NCBI GenBank assembly: GCA_037446135.1
Contig: JBBIJD010000025.1
Coordinates: 1,909 to 22,369, forward strand
Reading direction: 5' to 3'
Length of the DNA: 20,461 nt
DNA from: Candidatus Fraserbacteria bacterium
GTDB lineage: Bacteria; Bipolaricaulota; Bipolaricaulia; RBG-16-55-9; JANLFV01
The notes beneath the pieces were generated by a model. It did not search any database, was not told the origin of the DNA, and was given only the letters and a program-made list of their open reading frames with translations. Position numbers and translations under genes: made by a program. This document shows, one piece after another, positions 7,157-14,020 of the stretch. The stretch's first letter is position 1. Every line of letters starts with the position of its first letter.

Positions 7157-8113
7157 TTGACGGAGGAGCCATTCCCGCCAAAGCTTGATTTGGTCTATAC
7201 CAAGACCTGCGAGCTCCAAGGTCGGGCGGCGCTCTATGCCCGAGCCGGGGAGGGGCCTTCGCCTTTGCCGCCGTTCGCGCGGCTCCACGGCCCCCCTCCG
7301 AGCTATGAAGACATCTTCAATCTCGAGGTCGCGCTCCGGGCCGCGACGGCCTTCGCCCGCCCCACGGCCGCCTTAGCCAAGCACGGCCAGCTCTGCGGGC
7401 TGGCCTCGGCAGAAACGATTGCGGAGGCCTTCACTCTAGCCTACCGTGCCGATGAGCGGGCAGCCGAGTGGAGCCTGGCGGGGCTCAATCGGGCTGTGAC
7501 CGAGGAGGTGGCCAAGCTCTTGGCCAAGGAACCGATCGCCGCCCTCCTCACACCGGGGTATGAGCCCGAGGCGCTGGAGGTTCTGAGGAAGCGGAAGGGC
7601 TTCAAGGTCTTCCAGGCTCGGGCCAGCCTAGGGCTTCCCCAGGAGCCGCTAGAGCTAGAGCTCCGCGGGACCATCTTCGGCCTGCTTGTCCGGGTCCGGG
7701 AGCGAGAGAGCGAACTCGCTGAGCCCGAGCTGAGGGTGATGAGCAAGCGAGGGCCGACGGAGGAGGAGTGGGCCGACCTCCGCTTCGCCTGGAGGGCGCT
7801 CGCCTGGGCCCGGCGGGAGGCGGTCCTCATCGTCAGGGGCGAGTGCCTGGTCGGGCTCGGGGCGGGCCAGCCCAGCCTCATTGACGCTGTGGCCCTCGCC
7901 ATCCGCAAGGCCGGACCGCGGGCTAAAGGGGCGGTGCTCGCCTCTCCAGCCTTACCCGATCGGGATCCCATCGACCTTGCCGCGGCCGCCCGCATCGCGG
8001 GGATCATCGCGGCAGCTAGCTCGGCCGCTGACCAAGAGCTCATCCGCGCGGCCGATGAGCACGGGCTAGCTCTGGTCCTGGCCGGCCCCTCCGGGCCGCG
8101 CGAGAGGGATTGA
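7157..8113 (+). CDS. Divergent PurH-like protein, AICAR transformylase domain only, most active-site motifs altered
   Basis: Colinear with the PurH C-terminal domain: AALY, LHGPPPSY, KHGQLCG, LNRAV, PGYEPEALEVL, KRGPTEEEWADLRFAW, VGLGAGQPS, AKGAVLAS, IRAADEHGLA. No IMP cyclohydrolase domain. TTG 7157 is well spaced from GGAGGT (ORF track uses GTG 7148). Confidence 0.85.
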   Translation: MTEEPFPPKLDLVYTKTCELQGRAALYARAGEGPSPLPPFARLHGPPPSYEDIFNLEVALRAATAFARPTAALAKHGQLCGLASAETIAEAFTLAYRADERAAEWSLAGLNRAVTEEVAKLLAKEPIAALLTPGYEPEALEVLRKRKGFKVFQARASLGLPQEPLELELRGTIFGLLVRVRERESELAEPELRVMSKRGPTEEEWADLRFAWRALAWARREAVLIVRGECLVGLGAGQPSLIDAVALAIRKAGPRAKGAVLASPALPDRDPIDLAAAARIAGIIAAASSAADQELIRAADEHGLALVLAGPSGPRERD

Positions 8114-8139
8114 CTGGGCCGATCTCTCCGATGTATATT
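8110..8139 (+). promoter_or_regulatory. sigma70-type promoter upstream of the secreted-protein pair
   Basis: TTGACT (8110-8115), 18-bp spacer, TATATT (8134-8139); AAGGAGG RBS at 8149-8155. Confidence 0.55.
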
Positions 8140-8159
8140 CAAAAAGCGAAGGAGGAGTA

Positions 8160-10349
8160 ATGGGCAAGAGACGAGGCTCCAGGTTTGGGCTCCTCGTAAC
8201 ACTAGTAGCGCTGTTGCTCGCAAGCGGGGCGATCGAGCCCGGCTTGCGAGCTGAGGGAGGGGCGAGCCTCACTTATTGGCCGATCCCTACGGCTAATAGT
8301 CTGCCTCTCGGTGTAGCGGTCGATCCGGCGAGCGGCCAGGTCTACTTCGCCGAGGCCGGGGGCGACAAGATCGCGAGACTCGATCCCTCGAGCAACCTGG
8401 TCACTGAGTGGCCTGCGGGTGACAGCCCTCAGTATCTGGCCCTCGACATCTCAACGGGGAATGTCTCGATCTACTTTACGGAGGGCCTGGGAAACAGAGT
8501 CTCAAGGTTCATTCCGAGCGTTAACGGCTACTCCTACGCCACAGTCCCGACCGGCGACAGCTGGCCGAACGGGATCGCGCTCCGGTTCATCGGGATGACC
8601 CTCGTCCCCTCGGATATCTGGTTCACCGAGCGGTTGGGGAATAAGCTCGGTCGCCTGACCCTCGGTGGCCTCCTCTTTGATGTGGTTATCACCAGAATGC
8701 CGAGCCAGCGGGTGGTGACCCCCTCGACACAATCCTTAACCCCGACGACCAGAGTTGTCACCCCTTCTGTGACCGCGACCTGGGGGAGTCCGCCCCTCCC
8801 GCCGCCCCTGATGGTCGACCCAGGAGCGGCCTCGGGGCCGTTCACGGAATGGTCGCTCGCTCTCGGCCCGGGCCATCCGGCGATGATCGCCCGCGGCCCC
8901 GCCGGGGACCTCTGGATCTCCACCGAGACTAGAAGCATAATCCAGTTCGATCCGGCCACTAACGCGTTCATCCCCCATAGCCTCCCGAGCGGGAGTGCCT
9001 CGCTCGACTTGGTCGTGGACTCGGGGGGCTTCGTCTGGTTCACCGAGGGTTGGGAAGACAAGATCGGCCGCCTCGACCCCACGACGGGGATGCTCAGCGA
9101 GTGGCCTCTCTCCAGCGGGAGTCAGCCGTTCGCCATCGCGATCGGGCCTGATGGGACGATCTGGTTCAGCGAGCGGGAGGGCGATCGGATCGGAAACCTC
9201 GATCCCGCGACGAACACACTCTCGGAGTATCAACTGGCGAGCGATGCCCATCCGCTGGACATCGCGTTCGATGAGAGCGGCAATCTCTGGTTCACCAGCG
9301 AGCGAGCGAACTATGTGGGGAGGCTGACCTTCGGCCCGGTCCTCGGCCCGCCGCCAACTCTATTTGACTCTATAGGCTTAGCAGAGATCATGGCCGCGAG
9401 TCTGTCCTCGGCCAAGATCAATGGGAGTGACAATGCATTGAATCAGATCCCTACTGGCACGATCTTGCTTTATCAGACCAACGAAGGCCGCTACGGCAAG
9501 CTGGAGATAGTTGAATACGGCTATAACCTCACACTGAAATGGCGAACCTATAACCCCGATGGAAGCCTCTACAGTGGTGGTGACCATCTGGTCATTCGTG
9601 GGACATGGAGCTGCGATCTGGATTTAGGAGTAGAAAGCAGCAGTTCCGCAGATTTCTGGTGGGAGCAGGTCACTGCCGTCGAGAGATACCTCGTTCCACA
9701 GAATGGGGCGAGATTCGCCATTTACGGTGCGGCTCTCCCACCCCCGCCACTCCCTTCCGAGCTGCCGACGCTCAGCCTGAATATCAACCGCGGCTGTGGA
9801 GGAAACTATAGCATCGGCGAGCCCCTGACCTTCTCTTACAGCGTTAGCGAGACCGCCGCGGTGACCCTGCTAGACTTCGAGACGAGCGGAAACATCAAGC
9901 AGATGGCCCTAGGGACAGTCCCTGCTGGCATGACCCGCAGCGGCACGGGCCTCGTAGGTGGCCCTGCGGGGGTCGAGACCCTCGTCTTGGTCGCGAGGAC
10001 CCTCTCAGGGGTCTATGTCTCGACCGGCTGCTCTTTCGGGATCGGCGGAGTGAGCCCGACGCTCATCTCCATTACCGTCGATCGCGGCTGTAACGGGACA
10101 TACCATCTCGGCGAGACGGCGACGGTCATCCTCCGGAGTAGCATCGCCGGGCGGGCAAATCTCTTCAACGTCACACGCGATGGGCGCGTGACACAGATGT
10201 TGGCTAATCAGTTAATAGCCCCTGGGATGGGGCTGAACTTCAACGCCCCGATCGGGGCGACGACCGGCCGGAGCACGCTTGTTCTGCAGGTGATCAGCAC
10301 GAGCGGACAGCGGCTGACGGCCGCCTGCAGCATGAACGTGCTGCCTTAA
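8160..10349 (+). CDS. Secreted multidomain protein: Vgb/NHL-like beta-propeller, unknown middle domain, two C-terminal DUF4384-like two-Cys domains (729 aa)
   Basis: Signal peptide; repeated P.gIa.gpdG.iWFtE...dkIGrldP blades; Pro-rich linkers; two ~95-aa repeats (N/D)RGC..Y..GE...TLVL...CS. Confidence 0.85.
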   Translation: MGKRRGSRFGLLVTLVALLLASGAIEPGLRAEGGASLTYWPIPTANSLPLGVAVDPASGQVYFAEAGGDKIARLDPSSNLVTEWPAGDSPQYLALDISTGNVSIYFTEGLGNRVSRFIPSVNGYSYATVPTGDSWPNGIALRFIGMTLVPSDIWFTERLGNKLGRLTLGGLLFDVVITRMPSQRVVTPSTQSLTPTTRVVTPSVTATWGSPPLPPPLMVDPGAASGPFTEWSLALGPGHPAMIARGPAGDLWISTETRSIIQFDPATNAFIPHSLPSGSASLDLVVDSGGFVWFTEGWEDKIGRLDPTTGMLSEWPLSSGSQPFAIAIGPDGTIWFSEREGDRIGNLDPATNTLSEYQLASDAHPLDIAFDESGNLWFTSERANYVGRLTFGPVLGPPPTLFDSIGLAEIMAASLSSAKINGSDNALNQIPTGTILLYQTNEGRYGKLEIVEYGYNLTLKWRTYNPDGSLYSGGDHLVIRGTWSCDLDLGVESSSSADFWWEQVTAVERYLVPQNGARFAIYGAALPPPPLPSELPTLSLNINRGCGGNYSIGEPLTFSYSVSETAAVTLLDFETSGNIKQMALGTVPAGMTRSGTGLVGGPAGVETLVLVARTLSGVYVSTGCSFGIGGVSPTLISITVDRGCNGTYHLGETATVILRSSIAGRANLFNVTRDGRVTQMLANQLIAPGMGLNFNAPIGATTGRSTLVLQVISTSGQRLTAACSMNVLP

Positions 10350-10363
10350 GGAAGGAGGGAGAG

Positions 10364-11374
10364 ATGAAGTTCTTTCGCATCCTAATGGTGGTCGCACTCT
10401 TGGGGCTCCTCAGCGCGATCTTCGTCGCCCAAGGAGCGGATGGTCAGGACGATGTCGGCGTCTTTCGTGCTCCCGACCGCACCTGGTATTACGACTATGG
10501 CCATGACGGCACCACTGACGCGGCTATTGGCCCCTGGGGTCTTGAAGGCGATCTCCCGATCGCCGGGGACTTCGACGGCGATGGAGTCGATGATGTGGCC
10601 GTCTTCCGCCCCTCCAACCGCACCTGGTATTACGATTACAGCCACAATGGCACCACTGATGCCACCGTTACCCCCTGGGCAGCGGAGGGTGACCTCCCGA
10701 TCGCCGGGGACTTCGAGCCCACTCCGGGCACGGAGCCGAGCCCGGGGCCAGCTCCGGGGCCAGTAGGAGGGGGGATCGACTTGTGGGTCGACCGTGGCTG
10801 CGGGCCCGACGGTATGCCTTATAACCTTGGGGATCCTCTTATCATCTCCTATCGGGTGGACGAGGCGGGCGCGGCTGTCCTCTATGACTTCGATCCCTAT
10901 ATAGGATCATATGGAAGGATCATGACACATCAGTTGGGAATGGTCCTCCCCGGCGCCGAGCACCGCCTCATGGGGCGCATCAGCGCCGCACGCGGGGTGG
11001 AGACACTCGTGCTCCGGGTCACGACCGCATCGGGGCGAGTACTGCAGGACGCCTGCAGCTTCTCCATCGCGGGCGTAAGCACGGAGCTCGCCCGGATCTG
11101 GACCGATAAGGGTTGCGGAACTGAAGCTGTTTTCCATCATCGCGAGCGGGCTACCATCTACTACTCCGTGGATGTGCCCGTGACCCGCGCTAGGATCTAT
11201 GGCATTAACCCTCGAATGGGCTTGGTAGAGCTCACGACAGTGCCTTTGACGGAGCGAAGCGGGCAGATCGAATTGACAGTTGGGCCCCAATTGGGCGACG
11301 CCGTGCTCGTCGCAGCTGCGGTAACCCCGACGCAAGGGGTCATCACCTCGAGCTGTTGGGTTCTGATGGACTGA
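10364..11374 (+). CDS. Secreted protein: two FG-GAP/VCBS-like repeats, Pro/Gly linker, two DUF4384-like two-Cys domains (336 aa)
   Basis: Signal peptide; DLPIAGDFDGDGVDDVAVFRP calcium-blade motif; WVDRGCG...ACS and WTDKGCG...SCW domains homologous to those of the upstream gene. Confidence 0.85.
   Translation: MKFFRILMVVALLGLLSAIFVAQGADGQDDVGVFRAPDRTWYYDYGHDGTTDAAIGPWGLEGDLPIAGDFDGDGVDDVAVFRPSNRTWYYDYSHNGTTDATVTPWAAEGDLPIAGDFEPTPGTEPSPGPAPGPVGGGIDLWVDRGCGPDGMPYNLGDPLIISYRVDEAGAAVLYDFDPYIGSYGRIMTHQLGMVLPGAEHRLMGRISAARGVETLVLRVTTASGRVLQDACSFSIAGVSTELARIWTDKGCGTEAVFHHRERATIYYSVDVPVTRARIYGINPRMGLVELTTVPLTERSGQIELTVGPQLGDAVLVAAAVTPTQGVITSSCWVLMD
10448..10716 (+). repeat. Intragenic tandem duplication, 141-bp (47-codon) period
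   Basis: 10448-10575 versus 10589-10716 share e.g. ACCGCACCTGGTATTACGA, GGCACCACTGA and CTCCCGATCGCCGGGGACTTCGA. Confidence 0.9.
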
Positions 11375-11388
11375 GTAAAGAGGGAGAG

Positions 11389-11913
11389 ATGAGCGTGATC
11401 CGCGGCCGGATCTGGAAGTTCGGGGACAATGTCAACACCGATGTGATCTATCCGGGTAAGTATCTCCCGCTCACCGACCCCAAGGAGATGGCCCTCCACG
11501 CCTTCGAGGGAGTCCGGCCGGAGTTCGCTAAGGCCGTCAAGCCCGGGGATATCCTGGTGGCCGGAAAGTATTTCGGCTGTGGCTCCTCCAGGGAGCAGGC
11601 TGCCACCTGCCTGAAGGCTCTAGGCCTGGGAGTGGTGCTCGCCGAGTCCTTCGCCCGGATTTACTATAGGAATGCCATCAACTCAGGACTCCCGATCCTC
11701 GCCTGTCCGGGGATATCAAAGGGGGTCGAGGAGGGGCAGGAATTGGAAGTCGACCTCCGTAGCGGGCTGATAAAGAATCTGACCACCGGCGAGACCTTCC
11801 AGGCCCGGCCGCTCCCTTCCTTCGTCTTGGAAATTCTCGAGGCCGGGGGCTTGATCCCCTATCTCAGGCGGCAGCTGCAAGGGCAAAGGGCAGGGCCAAA
11901 GCCCAGCAGTTGA
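11389..11913 (+). CDS. leuD: 3-isopropylmalate dehydratase/homoaconitase small subunit (LeuD/HacB/DmdB type, ~174 aa)
   Basis: GRIWKFGDNVNTDVIYPGKYL, GKYFGCGSSREQA, AESFARIYYRNAINSGLP, ILEAGGL. Exact substrate uncertain. Confidence 0.85.
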   Translation: MSVIRGRIWKFGDNVNTDVIYPGKYLPLTDPKEMALHAFEGVRPEFAKAVKPGDILVAGKYFGCGSSREQAATCLKALGLGVVLAESFARIYYRNAINSGLPILACPGISKGVEEGQELEVDLRSGLIKNLTTGETFQARPLPSFVLEILEAGGLIPYLRRQLQGQRAGPKPSS

Positions 11914-11950
11914 TCCGAGCGCTGGGATCGGCTAAGAACAGGGGAGGGGC

Positions 11951-12640
11951 ATGGTCGAGCCCGTAGTGCTGGAGGAGCTCTTCGACCTCGAAGAGGGGAA
12001 GGCCCCCTTCCCCGAGATCTTCGAGGGAATCGAATTCATCTGGGATGTCCTGAAGAGGATCGAGGAGTTCGCCGCCCGAGCTCGTCCGGTCGTCCGGGCG
12101 AAAGAGGTGACCGGGGTCTTCCTCTTCGGGGCCGTCGAGGTCGGGGAAGGGACGATCATCGAGCCCGGGGCGGTGATCAATGGCCCGGCGATCATCGGCC
12201 GGGAGTGCTGGATCCGGAGCGGGGCCTACATCCGCGGCCCGGCGATCATCGGCGAACATGTGGTAGTCGGTCATGCCTCCGAGGTCAAAAACTCTTTAAT
12301 CCACAATGAGGCCGAGATCCCGCACTTCGCCTATGTCGGGGACTCGATCTTGGGCTGGCGGAGCCACCTCGGCGCGGGGGTGAAGATCTCGAACCTCAAG
12401 GTCACCCGCGAGCCCGTGACGGTGAAGATCGTCGATCGGGTCTACGAGACCGGGCTGAGGAAGTTCGGGGCCATCGTCGGGGATGAGGTCGAGATCGGCT
12501 GTAATGCCGTCCTGAACCCGGGGACGATCATCGGGAAGCGGAGCCTGGCCTATGCCTTAACCTCCCTTTCCGGCTATTATCCCCCGGGATCGGTGATTAA
12601 GCTCCGCCAGAGCCTGGAGATCGTGGAAAGGAGGGCTTGA
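11951..12640 (+). CDS. Left-handed beta-helix acetyltransferase, GlmU C-terminal/glucosamine-1-phosphate N-acetyltransferase-like, stand-alone
   Basis: Hexapeptide repeats; VGHASEVKNS, PHFAYVGDSILG, LGAG, TGLRKFGAIVGD, GCNAVLNPGT. No nucleotidyltransferase domain; adjacent to glmM. Confidence 0.85.
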   Translation: MVEPVVLEELFDLEEGKAPFPEIFEGIEFIWDVLKRIEEFAARARPVVRAKEVTGVFLFGAVEVGEGTIIEPGAVINGPAIIGRECWIRSGAYIRGPAIIGEHVVVGHASEVKNSLIHNEAEIPHFAYVGDSILGWRSHLGAGVKISNLKVTREPVTVKIVDRVYETGLRKFGAIVGDEVEIGCNAVLNPGTIIGKRSLAYALTSLSGYYPPGSVIKLRQSLEIVERRA

Positions 12641-12648
12641 TAGGAAGG

Positions 12649-13983
12649 ATGGGGCTCTTCGGGACCGACGGCGTCCGCGGGATCGCTAACAAGGAATTGA
12701 CGCCGGAGCTGGCGCTGGCCCTCGGTCGGGCCGCCTGGCTCCTCAGGGACGAGCGGAGTCGGGCGGTCATCGGGCGGGACACCCGCCGCTCGGGGGAGAT
12801 GCTCTCGGCAGCTTTGGCCGCGGGGCTAGCTTCGGTCGGGCTTGAGGTGGTTGATCTCGGGGTGGTCCCCACCCCGGCGATCCCCTTCCTGGTCGAGAGA
12901 TACGATGCCTCCTTCGGGGCGGTCGTCTCGGCCTCGCATAATCCCCCGGAGGACAATGGGATTAAGTTCTTCGATCGGGCCGGATTTAAGATCACAGAAG
13001 AGCTAGAAACGAGGCTAGAGCAGGCTCTCGGTGAAGAAGCCCCTTCGCGACGGCCCTCCGGGCGAGAGCTAGGGCGAATCAAGCCGGCTCCAGAGGCCGC
13101 AAAGCTCTATCTGGAACATCTACTCTCACTTGCTGATGAAGGTTTGCGGGGACTCGGGTTAAGACTGGTCATCGACTGCGCTAATGGCGCGACCTCAAGG
13201 ATCGCGCCGGAGCTATTCTACCGACTCGGTCTCGACGCGATTATCCTCCATGACCAACCCGATGGAGACAACATCAACTTAGGCTGCGGCTCGACGGATC
13301 TGCGGAGCCTAAAGGAGGCCGTCGGCCTCTATCGAGCCGACCTGGGGGTAGCCTATGACGGGGATGGCGACCGGGCGATCTTCGTCGACCATCTCGGCCA
13401 GGCAGTCGATGGCGATGTGGTCCTCTTCCTAACTGCCTTGGGGCTCAAGGCTAAAGGGCTCCTCGAGCCCCCAACGGTCGTGGCGACGGTGATGAGCAAC
13501 CTCGGGCTCGAAGAGGCCCTCAAGGCCGAGGGGATCGAACTGATCCGCACCAAGGTCGGAGACCGTTATGTCGCCGAGGAGATCGAGAGGCGGCGCTGCC
13601 GCCTCGGCGGGGAACAGTCAGGGCACATCATCTTCCGGGACTGCTCGACCACCGGGGACGGGCTGATCACGACCCTCAAGGCCCTGGCGATCCTCAAGGA
13701 GGAGAAAAGGCCCTTAAGCGAGCTGGCGGCCCGCCTCCCGCGCTACCCTCAGATCCTGCATAGCATCCCCGTGAGAGATCCCGGGCTCCTCCACCACCAT
13801 GAGCGGCTCCAGGAGGCCATCGCCTCCTTCCAGGCGAGGCTAGACGGCGTGGGACGACTCATCGTCCGCCCCTCGGGGACCCAGCCGGTGATAAGGGTGA
13901 TGGTCGAAGGGAAGGACGAGGCCCTCATCCAGCAGGTCGGGGCGGAGTTGAGCCGGTTGATCGAGCACGAGCTGGGCTCTTAG
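12649..13983 (+). CDS. glmM: Phosphoglucosamine mutase
   Basis: LFGTDGVRG, SASHNPPEDNGIKFF, DGDGDR, VATVMSNLG, VGDRYV, GGEQSGH, RPSGTQP. ATG 12649 (TTG 12637 is an alternative). Confidence 0.96.
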   Translation: MGLFGTDGVRGIANKELTPELALALGRAAWLLRDERSRAVIGRDTRRSGEMLSAALAAGLASVGLEVVDLGVVPTPAIPFLVERYDASFGAVVSASHNPPEDNGIKFFDRAGFKITEELETRLEQALGEEAPSRRPSGRELGRIKPAPEAAKLYLEHLLSLADEGLRGLGLRLVIDCANGATSRIAPELFYRLGLDAIILHDQPDGDNINLGCGSTDLRSLKEAVGLYRADLGVAYDGDGDRAIFVDHLGQAVDGDVVLFLTALGLKAKGLLEPPTVVATVMSNLGLEEALKAEGIELIRTKVGDRYVAEEIERRRCRLGGEQSGHIIFRDCSTTGDGLITTLKALAILKEEKRPLSELAARLPRYPQILHSIPVRDPGLLHHHERLQEAIASFQARLDGVGRLIVRPSGTQPVIRVMVEGKDEALIQQVGAELSRLIEHELGS

Positions 13984-13985
13984 CG

Positions 13986-14014
13986 TTGACGCCCCCTCCC
14001 TCAAGCGGTATAGT
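13986..14014 (+). promoter_or_regulatory. sigma70 promoter for miaB-ispG
   Basis: TTGACG (13986-13991), 17-bp spacer, TATAGT (14009-14014). Confidence 0.75.
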
Positions 14015-14020
14015 ATCGAA

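Larger units (their letters stand above)
10355..11392 (+). repeat. 13-bp direct repeat GAGGGAGAGATGA at the starts of the 336-aa gene and the next gene
   Basis: Copies at 10355-10367 and 11380-11392; each contains the RBS and ATG of the following gene. Confidence 0.6.

Noticed and set aside
3373..7181. Long N-terminal extensions in the ORF track for cobO (3549), permease (5295) and CPBP protease (7181)
   Set aside because: They overlap neighbouring genes or intergenic signals, are low-complexity, and family similarity begins only at the downstream ATGs used.
7157..8113. Calling this gene purH or a pseudogene
   Set aside because: It lacks the cyclohydrolase domain and most substrate-binding motifs, so it is not a canonical purH. 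The frame is intact with an RBS, so pseudogene status is unsupported.
7441..8223. 260-aa antisense ORF, and similar shadow ORFs such as 15552..16283, 8534..9082 and 12597..13082
   Set aside because: They lie opposite well-supported genes in GC-rich DNA and have no recognisable motifs.
8160..9330. Virginiamycin B lyase (antibiotic resistance) call
   Set aside because: Only the propeller repeat is shared; the protein is secreted, multidomain and lacks the EPHG-type catalytic motif of true Vgb.
10448..10716. CRISPR array or DGR template/variable repeat pair
   Set aside because: Only two in-frame copies encoding FG-GAP repeats; the differences are not adenine-specific, and no cas or reverse transcriptase gene is in the window.
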